From Marsupella aquatica (Eukaryota; Plantae; Marchantiophyta), in assembly GCA_973895155.1 (NCBI GenBank), contig OZ316894.1, positions 26,149,240-26,213,239 of the forward strand: a stretch of DNA of 64,000 nucleotides. The letters run 5' to 3'. Shown piece by piece: positions 1 through 14,000 of the stretch. The notes beneath the pieces were generated by a model. The model was not told the origin of the DNA, made no database searches, and was given only the letters and a program-made list of their open reading frames with translations. Both the position numbers and the translations under genes were made by a program. Every line of letters begins with the position of its first letter. The first letter of the stretch is position 1.

Positions 1-4
1 TGTT

Positions 5-184
5 GGCCAGTTCCTTTCGGTACAATATTTGAGCCAGAGTATTGTTCGAATCACATAACTACCTATAACCCGTAGTGCCCTATCAAATCCACCTGACTCG
101 TAGACGGCCAGTTTGTTTCTGTACAATTATTTATAGCCAGAGTAATGTTGGAATTATATTATAGGTTATGAACCCTAGTGCCCT
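5..184. repeat. Diverged ~100-bp tandem duplication in an eIF3F intron
   Basis: GGCCAGTT...GTACAAT...GCCAGAGTA.TGTT.GAAT...TAGTGCCCT occurs at ~5-80 and ~106-184. Confidence 0.6.
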
Positions 185-433
185 GTTCTCCGCCGGTTCT
201 CTGAGTGTCAACGTATTGAGGAGGCTAAATTTCAGGTATGGTTTCTGAATGCCTGTACTGAGAATTGGTTGTAATTCGCCCATAGATCCCGAAGTACCGT
301 CTCTGTCCTGGGCTTTAGAACCACAGTATCTGTGGACCTCTCCTGTCTCAATTTCCAGCGGCCTCTTTCTACCAGGACCGTTCTTGACATTGTACTAATT
401 CCGGGCGAGTGGATGTTGGTGTGGAATCCACAG

Positions 434-1808
434 GTGGCAGTGGATATCGATTACCATCGGAATATGTTCGATCTTCATCAGCGTGTAAATGCTAAAGAAG
501 TTATAGTCGGATGGTATGAGTATCCATACCTTATCCATTACGTCGCTGGGATTTCACGGCTCAATTGTTTCCCAGCACAGATGTTCCGTTTTGCATACCA
601 GTTTTGTCTTACTTTCCGTGGGGATGGAATTTAACGTGTTCAAGAAAGTACCCAAAAACGCCTATGAATTGGTCATTTAGGTGCCTTTGGGTTCCAGCTA
701 GAACATTGCGGTTCCATGCGGATGCAGTCACGCTCTTGCTGGTAAGGTAGTAAGCCCTCAGAGCTCAACGAGAAGCTAATTTTCTCCTATGTCCTATCAA
801 ATCTCAGGTACTCCACAGGTGCTGGAGTGAGTGGCAGTGATGCCCTTATCCAAGACTTCTATGCACGTGAAGCTACCAATCCTGTGCATCTCACAGTTGA
901 CACAACATTCTCTGATGAAAAGGCCTGTATCAAGGCTTATGTCTCGACCAATCTAACGCTGGGTGACCGACAGCTGGCTGCTCAATTTCACGAGGTTCAA
1001 CTCGATTTACGTCTCATTGAGGCCGAGAGAATTGGCTGTACGTTCCAATTCACAAACTTCTATATAGGCGGTGATATGTGTCTTCGTTACAAAGTTTCTT
1101 AGGAGCCCCCAAGATTGTTGTGTTGCTCATTGACCAATTTCTTGAGATCATTCAAGCTAAGTGTTTTGAGTTACGAATCGTGAGTTGTGATCTGGTGCAG
1201 TTGACGTATTGAAAAAAACTGTGGTCGATAAACTTCCCAATGACTTGGAAGGCTTGGAAGGAACCATTCAAAGGTTGCACGCGATGATTGATACAGTTTC
1301 CAGATATGTCGATGATGTGGTGGTATGTGGTCCATAATTCATTGTTCTCAAGTTCAATGTGTTCAGGAGTTTGGTTTGATTTTCTCAGAGAGATTCATCT
1401 TGCTCTTGCTGATCCCCTATAAATCTTCTTGGATGGCAGCAAGGTCGTATTCCCCCAGACAACACAGTAGGCCGATATCTAACTGACACAATGGCAGTAG
1501 TGCCAAGGATTGCTCCAGATGCTTTCGACAAACTTTTCAATGACAGTGTGCAGGTAATGTAGCGTTTTGCTATGTTGTTCAGCAATTGTCTCATGGCTTG
1601 CTGAGTTTTCTCATCCAGGTAGTTTTCAATGCAGAGGATTCTGCTATCATCATGGCTGCTACATGTACATTTTGACGCTTGGGAGGTGGGCTAACACTTC
1701 CTTTTGGGAAATGTGCAGGATGTGCTTTTGGTGTTATATTTGGCAAATTTGACTAGGACACAGCTCACTTTGGCTGAAAAGCTGAACACAGCTGCACAAA
1801 TAGTTTAA
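434..1808 (+). CDS. eIF3F: Eukaryotic translation initiation factor 3 subunit F (MPN/JAB + MitMem_reg domains), 5'-partial; N-terminal exon(s) lie upstream of the window
   Basis: GT-AG exons 434-513, 808-1037, 1201-1322, 1440-1553, 1719-1808 join in frame: VAVDIDYHRNMFDLHQRVNAKEVIVGWYSTG...NPVHLTVDT...EAERIGFDVLKKTVVDKLPNDLEGLE...LANLTRTQLTLAEKLNTAAQIV*. These are hallmark plant eIF3F segments. Confidence 0.93.
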
Positions 1809-2180
1809 AGAAATTCTTGAGTTTAATCTTCAATTGGATATTGTCGGCTAGTGCAATTATTGAGCTCGTGTAGATCTTCGGCAACGGTGGGAGGGTAGAG
1901 ATAGAGGGGAAGGATGGTTGCGGTTGTTACTGAGATTCTCGGGACCTTGTCTAACAAATTGACCTTAGTCTTTTGGGATGATGCGTCTTCAGAGGGAGGT
2001 TTTATGGCTGGCATTTATGCTGGCAGAGAACTGATTTTAGATTTCACGGCTGGAGGGTTTAATATTGTCGATCTCTCACAGTCCTGGTTCCCAAGGGGTT
2101 CAAGTCTTAGATCTTGTGGTCGAGGTTGAGAACCCCAGATCGCGAAGTTTGTGTAGTTTTTTTTGTCTAATGAATTGAAA

Positions 2181-2268
2181 GTTGCGAAGGAAACCCATTG
2201 ATTCGTGTGCAAGGTTACGAAGGAATCCCATTGATTCGTGTGCAAGGTTCCGAAGGAAACCCATTGAT
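2181..2268. repeat. 33-bp minisatellite, ~2.7 copies
   Basis: The unit GAAGGAA(A/T)CCCATTGATTCGTGTGCAAGGTT(A/C)C is tandemly repeated. Confidence 0.85.
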
Positions 2269-3374
2269 ATTCTTTTGAACATTGGAGTAGTGAATTTTGG
2301 ACCAAGATTCTACCTGAACTCGGGATGCATCTCAGGTGGGCGGTTTCTGAGCGATGGGCCAATTTTCACATGGCTGAAAACTACATGTTTCTAAGGAAAT
2401 CCGTGCCATACGCAAGAAGAGAGGTCAGACTTGTTCGCAGGCAAGCCCTGACTGCTAATCTGGAGGATTCCTACCACCCAGCTGTACAATAGGAAAGGCA
2501 TGCGTTCAACCTGGTGTGTCTATTCCACGAGGTGCAGTAGACTTCAGCTTAGGATCCAAATACAAATATTTTTGGGTAGCGATAGGGCTCGTAGGTAGGT
2601 TTCGCCTGTGCTGGGAAGAGATAGATTCCAGCGTAAACCCGGCTTTCGCATTGAAATGCAGATCGACAACATTGTTGAAGAAACGCTTCAGTAGATCACA
2701 CAACGTGCCAAAGTAATAATTAAAAAAGAAAAGATTGAGCTAAAATGTAGAGTTACTATTTTAAAAATAAGTGGAAAAGGAGGACAAGCCACAAAAATCT
2801 GACTGAAGCTGATACCACAAGGCAGTGTTGAGTACTCCAGCAACAGGACCTGAAAACAACCAGGAACACAACGCTACAAAGATCAGAGTAGTAACCACAA
2901 AAGATTAGGGAAGCACGTGAGCCAAGGAACATTCAATTGCGACAGAAAACCCAAGGTGACAGGGAAAAAGAACACGTTCATTTGCTTTGTCGTGTGAGGA
3001 GCAAGACAACACAAAAGGAGCACAAGGACAACAAAAACCAAAATACAACAACAAGCACAAGACAGCACAGAACTCAAGCATTACCATACCTTCTGATGGG
3101 AGCCAGCTTGGGCACTAAGATCGGTTTCTAACATACTTATAGTGTGCAGGATGCAGCGGGAGTTTCCCGGGAAAACCTGCCTAATGTACTTGTGTCTCCG
3201 GCCAGCAGTTACAAAAATGCAGCTAAACCGCCTATATGGACATCTGCAACTTTTATCATCTACTTGCAGCCCGTTTGTCTTGTGATCAGGTGTAAAATGC
3301 TCAATCCCTATATCCTAGTCCATGGGGATAGCCATGGACAACATCCCAGTCCATCCAGGCGTTTACTTTGGAAA

Positions 3375-3440
3375 AAGATGATAAAGTAATAATTAAACTA
3401 AAAGAACAAGATGATAAAGTAATAATTAAACTAAAAGAAC
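3375..3440. repeat. Perfect 33-bp tandem duplication
   Basis: AAGATGATAAAGTAATAATTAAACTAAAAGAAC occurs twice (3375-3407, 3408-3440). Confidence 0.9.
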
Positions 3441-3809
3441 CCGTGACAAGAAACTAAAGCCAGGATGGACCACCATGTTGGACACAGTGCTACTGTGAAT
3501 CACATTTTAGTGATCCATGTGAATTTGGGGCCTATAGCTTGATGATTATGAGTCTTGAAATAACTTTTAAGTTTGCACCTGTAAGGCAACCAGAGAAGGA
3601 GGAGACTTGAGGAAAAAACAAGCCCAAATATTTCATAGTAACTTAATTAAAATGAATCTAGTGGAACTTATTCCTCATTTTATGAAGAAATACTCAACCA
3701 AATTGGCCAAAAATTCACTCACTTTGATGGAAGCTTAGCTTATCTACTCCTCTAGCATATCCCCAAAGCTAGAAAATATTACAATTAAACTGAAACTTTG
3801 GGAAATGTA

Positions 3810-4062
3810 GTCCATTGGGGTTTCAAAGACCAACCAATTGGTCCAGGAGGGTGTCAGATTTAGGTGGCAAAGTAAAACCAAAATTGATAATTAAACTAAA
3901 AAAAAGTGCCCCAAAGCATGTTTTTCACAAAGAAGAGTCCATGGGGGTTTCAAAGACCACCTTGTGGTCCATGGGGGCTTCAAATTCCGGTGGCAAAGTA
4001 TAACAAAAACTGACAATTAAACCCAAAAGAAAGTGTCCCAAAGTGTGTATCTCAAAACAAAA
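3810..4062. repeat. Diverged ~127-bp tandem duplication
   Basis: GTCCAT.GGGGTTTCAAAGACCA...GGTGGCAAAGTA...AAGTG.CCCAAAG occurs twice. Confidence 0.75.
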
Positions 4063-4840
4063 GCCTGGATGGAGACATTGACCCCGCCATGGGGCCCATG
4101 GACTATCTAAAGCAATCATTGCTTTTACAGCAAAAAGAAAGTAGAACTGGTTGCGGATCGCAATTGATGACTTTTTCTACCTTGGGAGAAAGTAATCAAG
4201 TCATCATGGTGATCCAGAATAATGGCATGGTGTCTCAATGTCCTTTAGGTTCAAGGTAGTCAAGTTACAGAGTAAACCAGTTTGACAATGTATAAAAACC
4301 AGCTGCAATACCCTTTACAAGTCACATTTCAGTCTAGTGTAAACAATGTTATCTGAGTCAATTTAAATATTTTGAACAAGTCCATCCAAGCTTTACCAGT
4401 CCATCTAGGCTTCATAGACAAAGTGGAGTTCCATCTCAGCTTTAGTTTCCACAAAATGTCACAAAGAGTCTTAGGAAAGGAAATTGAGCGTAAACAAGAC
4501 ACGAGGCGAAAAACAGAGCCGGAGATTGAGTTCAGAAGAAGGCAAAGCACAACGAAGATTGGGAACAGAGGATTGGACGATTTCAAGTCTCCTCTCTCGC
4601 CTCGAATTCGAGCTCTGACGATGGAAACAGAGAGGAACAACACGGACATCAGTAGACTGGGACGAGAGAAATGATGAAATTCTCATGTGATGAGCTTCAT
4701 ACCAATTCGTGGTGTGAAAGATGGTCGAGGAATTGTTAATCGCAAGTACTTGGTGCGTCGAATCGACATGCGCACAGCGAGGAGAGGTAATTGAATTGGA
4801 AGCGGATTGCATCCAGTGAGGCGAAGTCGGAGCCAGAATT

Positions 4841-7800
4841 ATGGCTCAAGTACCGGAGTGCGTCGTTTGCCTGCAGCAATATGACGACTTGCTCAACGTG
4901 CCGCGCGTTCTGGCATGCGGCCACTCATTCTGCGAGCTCTGCTTGATGCAGCTGCAATCCGCCTGGCAGCCCTCCTCCTCGTCTTCGTTTCTCGCCACCA
5001 CCAACAGCAACGATGATTCACCTGCTCGTCCCGCATCGGGTGCAGTGATCCGCTGCCCTGAGTGCGGCCATCGAACCAGACTCCCCGCAGGCGGCCAACA
5101 ATCCCTCCCAAAGAACGTGGAGCTTCTCCGTCTGTTGCCCAGCCTCATCAGAGAGCCTGCAAATTCTCTTCCTGCGATAAATGAGGCATCAGCAGGAGAC
5201 TCCGGAAAGAAGTCCGCAGGTTCTCTCAAGGGACCCTCTGAGGAAATAAAAACTGAAAGTAAGAGAGCTCCTGGTGCTGGTCGAAGAGATCATCTTAATT
5301 TGGCAGAGGATAGTGGTGTTCCGGGAATTCGGAGTGCCGGTCATAGTAGAAAATCTCCAAAGGTAGGGGGGAAAGTAAGAGTCGATCCGAATCACTCTCT
5401 CGGAACCCTCTCAGCCCCCAGCACCAGCACTAGGACCAGCAGTGGCGTCGTAAATAGCTGGCTACTCCCCTACAATTCGTGCTCCGACAATTCCGATTCC
5501 AATTCAGGCAGTAGGAAGGATGTGAGGACATGGATTCTGCCAGAGAAGGCCATCAAGCTGAGAACAGGAGGAGACGAAGAAGAACAAGACTCATCATCAT
5601 CATCATCATCATCTAGGTTTAGAGTTGTAAACAATAAATCACAGAAGAGAGAGCTTTTGTGGGGTGCGATTGTACTGGAACAAGATAGATTGTCGACTTC
5701 TGTGCCAGTGAGGTTGAGGCAATTCACGGAAGTGAGATGCCCTGTACATTCGCAGAATGATGATGGGACCAAGACGATGACTTACGAGGACTGTGTGCTC
5801 AAAACATGGGAGGGTTGCCCTGATGAGGTCAAGACGGAATTGTTTGTATTATTTCGAGTCTCATTGTTGAGTCGTGGGCTGTGTAATGTCCTCGGAGTCT
5901 GGATGAATCCTCAGAGGACTGCACTCTTTCTAGTGACTCAGTTTCCTGCGAAAGACGAAATCGTTTCGGCTTGGGAAATTGTCAAAAAGTCGTTTCAATT
6001 TGCAGAATTGCCAACAGAATCCAAAACCGATGATAGCTGGCAAGGTACTTCAGGCCGAGAGGCTACTAGTTTATCAGTAGCCGCGGAGATTCGGGAATTG
6101 GGTGAAGGGCCTTATCATGCTCGAAAGTTCTCTTCCTCGGCGGTGGAGAAGATGAGGCTAAGCAGAGTGGGTGTAGAGTTATGCTCGGCATTATGGGAAG
6201 TACACTCGCAGGGGCTCATATTCGGGCTTTTGAGCCCGAATTGTGTCGTTCTCGATCGATTTGGCTCTTTGCTGATTGATTTTAACGAGGCTATGAGTGA
6301 GCGGTCTTCTCTACACGACGCCATAACCCGACTACGCAGCGTCAGCAGTGAATGTGGGCCAGAAGGAGCAGGATGCGGAAGTATTGATAATGCACGAGAG
6401 GAAGGAGATGGGCAAAATTACAGAAATTGTTGTTGGCGCTACATGAGCCCTGAGGCGCTTTCTCTTCTGATGAATAATGTAACAAAGGCGGAGGATCCGG
6501 ACCGGACGACCGATCATGAGAATGCTTCCGGTTCGTCTTCGTCTTCTTCCAAAAAGATACAAAATCGTTTAACGTGCAAAACAGACGTCTGGTCTTTGGG
6601 ATGCCTCCTTTTAGAATTGGTGTCTGGGAAAGAAAACTATGAAGGGCTTACTTTACCGGAGGTTTTACAGAAGGTTTTGGTGGAACGAGAGAGGCCTGGG
6701 GATTTTTTGAGCTTGCTAAGGTCTTCTACAGACCGTAGTGGTGCTGATTCTGATGCGCACGCAGATGATGGAAAGCATAGCCCAATCAAAGGTTTGGCGG
6801 TTCTCCTTTCGAAATGCTTGGAGTACGATGCTGCCGAAAGGCCAGAGCTTGATACCCTTCTTCGGCAGCTCGAGGGACTTGGATGGTCCAATGTGGCTCC
6901 TATGAGTAGCAGTACCACTCCCGAGCATCATCATCAACGTGAGCTGGCCGGTAGCGCTGACCAAAAATATTGGGTATTATGCCAACCTGGATTTGTCCGA
7001 GATGGCTACATGGAGTCTTGCTATGGAAGAGAGGACGATGCTGAAGAATCTCAGAGACGTCTGGAGCTCTCCCGGCTGGATATTGGAGCTGCAGATGAAG
7101 GAAGAGAGTTGCAACTTTGTGGTCTTGAACAAAATGGTTCACTGGAAGGACATCGAGACTATGTAACAGCTCTAGCTGTTTGCGGTACTGATTTCTCTCC
7201 ATGGAATCTGCTCTTCGATCGTCGTTTACTGCTACAGTATAACGCTGGTGCAAAAGAGTGGTCATTCAGCTAATGTTAGTGAGGGACTGTAGTAATCTGC
7301 TGTGCCATTTCGTGATGCAGGAGATTTTTTGCTTAGTGCTTCCTTCGACAAGACAATACGTGTCTGGTCCCTTGAAGTAATGATTCTCATCTCATGTACA
7401 TCTTATACCTCTTAATAGTGCACGCGTTTCATTCTCTTTCTCTCTCTTGGGATACTTCTTACAGTTTTGGTCCAATGGGCTGCTTCGTTCCCAGTGCGCT
7501 TCAAACTCATTTACTCATTCACTGATTCACTCATGTTCTTATCTCTTCTTTCGAAAAGGGATCCCGGCAATCAGTTTATATTACTCTTACGATATAGTGA
7601 TGAACATCCTGCCAGTATCAAGACTGAGGTTTTTGACGAGGTTGTCTGAATGGACCAGGACAATGAATTGCGACAGACTTTAGAAGGCCATTCCATTGTC
7701 GTTATGGCACTGGCTGTGGATCACAACACTTCCAGATGCTTTAGTGGCGATACAAGTGGGAAGATTTGTGCATGGACAATTGGAGAGGACAATGCTGAGC

Positions 7801-9265
7801 CACTCCTTGCAACTTGGCAAGACCACGATGACTGGCGGTACACTGGTGTCGCATCCTTGGCAGTATCTGAAGATGGAATACTTTACAGTGGCAGTGGAGA
7901 CAGAACCATCAAAGCATGGTCTTTGCAGGTGGGTACCAAGCAGAGATTAAATTGCACTTGCACTGGATCATTTGGAGCTGATCAGCATGCTCATGCTAGA
8001 ATGTTGAAATACTGATAAGGTGGTATTGGAAGCTCTTCCACTACTGATGTTTAGCAACTGGTGTTTCTGAAGTAGCACAATATTTCTCACTCTCCAAATA
8101 TCGCTTTCCAGAATTTCAGCCAGCTAGGCACTCTGGAGGGTCACAAAGGCTTAGTCTCGGCTCTTCTTGTTGACGGAGAATTGCTCTACAGTGGAAGCTG
8201 GGACGGTACAATTCGTGTGTGGTGGCGGAATGATCAGAGTCTTGTCGCAGTACTTGGTGCGGGCACAACGTCAACCCCCTCCCTGGGCGGTGTCCGGACC
8301 CTGTGCCTATCCGACAGTTTCTTGTTTGCAGGCCGTGATAGTGGTGCTATTCAGGTGGGTACCGACTCAGAAATTTACTTCACTAAACAAACATTCGGCC
8401 GATGTGTAGTAAGAATAAACTAACCTGACAAAGTGCAGGGATCTCATCCACCACTGCAAGTGAAAGATAGATTTGTTATTCTCCAGACCTCTTTTCTGTC
8501 GTTCTTTACCTAGCATCTGGTGTACATCCTTCAAGCTTTGTAATGATAAAGCTTCTTCACACAGGACAGGTTTGGAGAGATGAAGAATGCTTGACTACGA
8601 TGAGGGCCCATGACACGGTCGTATCATCTTTGTATGTTGAAGGTGGTTTCCTTTACACAGGAAGTTGGGACGAGCAAATTAAGGTAAATGCTTCATCCCC
8701 AAACCAAAAAATATTTATTTTAGCAAAGCTCGTAACGCTGATGAAACATGTTTACCAATCCTTGCTAGTGAATTATTTCGTTGGGAATGAGTCGAAAGTG
8801 TTGAACAAAGACATCATAAGGTCAGAGCGGATTGTTTATAACTGGATCTTAATGTTCATGGACAACTTGTTTTTTACGTTGCTTTGAACACGATTGAACC
8901 TGTCGATGAGTTCATTGAAAGGGCTTATACAGGGGTGAACTTCTATGACGTGATGTTTGCTCTGCCTATATCCTGCAGGCATGGAAGGTCGACACGTTTT
9001 TGTCAAATCCCACTCCAACTCTAGTGAGGAAGTGTGGTTTCGCGTTGTCATCAATAGTCTCGGATGGAGACCAATTGTATGCTGGACTTGCAGATAGGGC
9101 AGTGAAGGTACAATCACATGAACTTTGGTGAAGCTTTGCTTTTGTGGAGATGAAAGGGTATATCACTGGGGACTTATGACGTCCATATGAGGATCGTGAT
9201 GTGTCTAATGCAGCATTCGTCCTCCAATGCAGGTGTATTCTTTATTGGGCGACAGTGCAGCATAA
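4841..9265 (+). CDS. RING-HC finger + degenerate protein-kinase domain + C-terminal WD40 repeats (KEG-like N-terminus; probably At1g21651-type family)
   Basis: Exons 4841-7184, 7321-7376, 7659-7928, 8112-8354, 8570-8683, 8979-9107, 9233-9265 (last exon tentative). RING: CVVC...PRVLACGHSFCELC...CPEC. Kinase C-lobe: RYMSPE, KTDVWSLGCLLLEL, CLEYDAAERP. WD40: LEGHRDYV, SASFDKTIRVWS, SGSGDRTIKAWS, SGSWDGTIRVWW, TGSWDEQIKAW. Confidence 0.87.
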
Positions 9266-11021
9266 TGCTGTAATTTTAGCTACCATTTGTGTTTTCCACC
9301 CCCCGAACTCTCGGGCCGCTAAAGAAATGCGTAAGAAGGGCCGAAGGAGCCAACCGAGTCAAGTGCCACCCACTATCGTGCCTTAGCGAAGAACCTGATG
9401 ACAGTCCCGTTTGAGCCCCGCGGAAAAAAAAATATACATATTTTTTTGGCTCTCCTCGCAGGGTGGCCCTTGGGATGTAAGACCAGAGGGCCACGAAATC
9501 AGCTAGCTGAACGAGTAGCATATCTGTATGGGCGAAAACTATATTTTTATTTCCTGCTGTATGCTTCTATGGTCTGTAGGGGGAAGCTTTAATGAAAAGG
9601 AGCAAGCCCGACATGAATTAGCCCATTGTATCTATTGTCCGGGCCTAAATAAGCTTGAATCTGTTCTGAAACGGACATACGGACACGGTCGGACCAGTGC
9701 GGGCCAATATTTAATCGAACTCAAAGAAATGGCACTGCTGCTTTCTTCGCAGATTGAACCAGTGACCAAAGTTGTTACATTGTCCATTGCTTGCAAGATT
9801 TTGGTGCAACTGGGATTGAGTAGTGCAGGGGCACCATGATGATCCACTTTATAGCTAATTAGCGTTGGTCTTTTCGATATTAAATGAATGGTTGGTGCCT
9901 TCGTTGTAGTAAGCCACTCCCGTTCATTCAGTAGCTTGATGTAAATCGGGACACTTTTGTTCATGTACATGAGTCTTGCAATGTTATTCTCACAAATGCT
10001 TGAAGTGCTAATTAGCAAGAAATGACTTGCCATTTAGCCTGGACTGACAGAGTACAGGTCCTTTTGTGGGACGCGGAATTTCTTGAAAAGCTTGTGGGCC
10101 TTTACGAACTAACGAGAATCCTGGATCAAAACGATATGCATAGGACCTAAATATTGGGATTACTTTTTACACCTTTCCTGAACATTTTCTCTGGTAAGTT
10201 GGGGACCGCTAAAAATCTTTAGCGGTCCTTGATTACAGCTCCAGAGTAAGACGTCAAGATGTTTTCCAAGCCCGGCAGTATCATTTGGCGACAGCATTTT
10301 CTTGTTCAGATCGTTGCAATTGCATTTTTCTGATGTTCCCTTTCACACATTAGCTTTGTTTATCATTCACAGCAGCCTTAATAAATGGATCCTCCAGATT
10401 AGTTTGCGTTGGGATCTTCAATTATTTTTGAATATCCACAACTCATGAAGTAATAAATGAATCAAGTAGTGGCTCTGAAAACGATAGCTAGAACAGTTCG
10501 AAAAGTTCACTCTACCACTCGTAGACTGTACTGTCACACTCCAAATGAGATAAGACAGTGACATATTCTGCAGGCTGTGGAAGTGAAGAGTGCGGACACG
10601 GTAAGCTCAGCTCAAAACCTTTTCAGTTATGTGTGGGTAAATACATGACATAAATTTCAGTTCCTTTCACAATTTTGGAACTAGAATGATTAACGGAAAC
10701 TATTGTGTAACCTTAAATTGTACAAATGATCCAAAGTGTACAGTTGCTCATTTGGCCAGATTAAGTCTGCAAAAAGGCACGATGCAAGATGCTGTCAGCC
10801 AAGTTGGTCAATATGCTTGACAGTGAGCCTCAAACGGATTGGAAAGAAACACGTGAGGTAATAATAAGCTATACAAAGAATAATCGGATCACAACTATTG
10901 ATCCCAACTGCTACGGCAATGGCCATTCTTCAACTCACAATGTTAGCAACGAAGGCAAGATCCACCCGCACTCCATGGCTGACTCTTTACATTTCTCATT
11001 TCTAGTAGAACGCAATACCTA

Positions 11022-14000
11022 TCAAGTTGTAGGACGAGTCATTGTAGTCATGCCCCGGCCATGCATTTGAAGACCCGCAAATGCATCAACTCCTGCAAAC
11101 AATGCCAAGCAGGGTCATATGAAAGTCTCAGCAAAACGCAAATGAATCTATAATACTTCATGGGAATTGAGGGCCACAGCGATACCACAAAACGACTTCA
11201 TGGATCAGTGGTTATGTCCACACCAACAAATATTTCACGGTTTCGGACATACCATTGTTATCTTCTTCTATTTCTACAACTGGTATTCCTTTCTTGGGCT
11301 CTGCTCCAGCGACTCCAATGCAGGTGAAAAGAGAGTCGTCGTCAAGACACAAGTGATTGTAAGCATTGTAGATATCATCCGCTGTCGCAACTTCATAAAG
11401 GTACGGAAGGTCTCGAATACAACCCACATCCTGATCAGAGGTCAAGAAAAATTATCAAGGACCGCGCACAAAATTGTGTAGAGGACGCATTAATGAGGAG
11501 AAAATATGATTTCTTTAAATAACTTTCACACCTGCGATCTAAGCCAAAACTTTCATTACACCGCATGGCTCGCCCACGATGACCAGTGCCGTGATAAAAC
11601 AGAAACAGACAGCTGGAAAGCTGGAACGTCTCTGACCGATTGGAATTTAATATACATGCCTTCACGAGTCCACCGAATTACGGTATGTTTTCACTTAGAA
11701 AGTTCAAAAGTACAACTGCTCACCTTTCTATCAACAGATGGGGCTTGAAGATGAGTCAATAATCCTAACCAATATGTGTTGTCTTTAGAATCAGACTCAT
11801 GTCGCATCATTAATGTTCTCTTTGCCTGCATACATGTTTAGAAAGCCTGTGTTAGTACTGGCGATCAGTGTTCTAGAAGTTTCTATACCTCACTGTGATT
11901 GACAGTGCTCAAAATGTGATGATAATATGATTTCCGGTACATATTTCTGCTTGTCAGTGGTACAGAAAGCCATTGACTTGAGGATTCTGATAACTCGTCA
12001 CGGGCCACTACAGAAGCGATTACACTGAGCTCAAAGGAAATCTGTGACAGCGATCTGATTAGGAGTCTTCAGGGAATATCATGGCGACACTTAATGCAAA
12101 AAACATGAGATTGAAAGACAAACCCGTTCAAGCTCCCGCTGGTTCACCCTGCTTCCATGAAGACCTCTTAATACATTCAGAGATGCTTCCACAGCTTGCT
12201 GGATCTGCAGACCGCTTCAGTCTTGGTTAGAAAAATTCACTCACAGGGTTTGCTGTTGAATGGGACAATAACGACTACACCATAGCAGTCCATACAAAGA
12301 CGACTTATACTCCTACTTCCAAGTACAGTACCGACCACAAGGAGGAGAAAAGTACCTTTGCAGGGGTCGACGTAACAGAAATAACAAACCATCCTGCCTT
12401 CAAACGGTCAAACAAACTAAGCTCAAAGGAAACATCGTATGTCAACCCTAAGGCATCCCTCACAGTAGTAAATAACCTGCATAAAGAACAAACCAGTCAG
12501 CAACATATCCGCAAATACACAGAAAGGGTTTGGCCCGCAATATACGAGTATCGCAAAAGGTCCAGGAACGCTTTCGCCGTGATATCACCTAAACTATGCG
12601 ATGGACATCAAAAGCCCCTTCGTAACACAAGAAAATACTCGCTTTATCCAACGTTAAGATTCTATTTTTCTCAGTATTAATCAAACTATTCCCGAACAAT
12701 GTAACTCTGATTTACAAATAAAGGATGCCAAAACCATGTGGACCCAGTCAAGTACATTTAATCCATTATTTCTCTCATTCCACATCTTCTCCAAGTATCC
12801 AAATAAAAAGGATGTAGTTTTATATTTCGTAAACTCGGAAGTTCGTTGAAATTAATGTCACCTTTTGGTGAAGTTGAGTTAATTGATCTCTACTATTGTA
12901 CATTGAATATTCTTTTCTACTGGAAATAGAAGAGTCCGACACCAATTCCGTTCAGTACAATTCTCCTACTACATTCAACCCAAGTCAGTTGTCTGTAAAC
13001 CAGTGTAAAGCCCTAAGTCACCAAACTTAAACAAAGTGGTGGATATTACTATTATAGTTCAAACACAAGAAATGCGATTCATATTTCAAAATCAACATTC
13101 GAACTGGGACTTCTTTGGCGTCAAAGTTAAAAAACGAGGGCCCCTCTTCTCGGCCGGGCCGGGACTGACATTAAAAGTTTCCAATTTCAGAAACTTTCGT
13201 TTTTTACCACTCCTATGAATCGAGTTTGTAACTTAGCTTAAAATATTTGTATGTCTGTTGAATTTAGATCGCATCATCAAGTGTTTACTGAAACTCTATT
13301 GGCTCCCTATTTGCAGTATCCAATCCTGTAACGATAGAATGTGGTATGCCACAGGCAATACGACTTTATGTTGCCATTTCAAGTTGAAGGAGGGGTATTC
13401 AGAAATGGCATTTGCCACTCTCTTTAGTATACCTTGCATTGATGATTTCTGCTAGAAGCGTCAACGCAACGGAGCCGTACAGGGGATGCCGCCTCCTCTT
13501 CCACGATAGCACGCCGTCGCTGTCCTTAATTACCTCGACGCCAGGAGGGGCTAAAGCACGGGCTTGCTCGTCTGTCGTAACAAAGTTTGCAGATATTAGT
13601 GTCCGTGAAGCACTTCAGGTCGTCGGAGAATGAACTCCCGCATGCAGGACATGCTTGTTGAAACTAGCACTGGGACATCTGCTTGCAGTACCACAAACCA
13701 CAATTGCTGCCATCTACAGTGTCCAAATGTGATCACCATGCAACAATAGATGGAAGTTTCTCACAAAGACAATAGGGTTTAGGGTGTGACACCATCAACA
13801 GACAGGACCACAGATTTGGTTTTAACTACCATCGCACAGCAACAACCACAACAGTAATACTTTTCTGCATGAACTTTACTTAAGCAATAGTCTACAAAAG
13901 CAACTCGATTCTAGAGCATGGAGTTCTGTTTGAGTAACAAAACTTAACCTGATAGAGCAGGTGGAACTGGTTCAATGAGAGTATTTAAATCACGCCCATC

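Noticed and set aside
2400-2720. Short ORFs on both strands downstream of eIF3F
   Set aside because: No recognisable motif or splice support.
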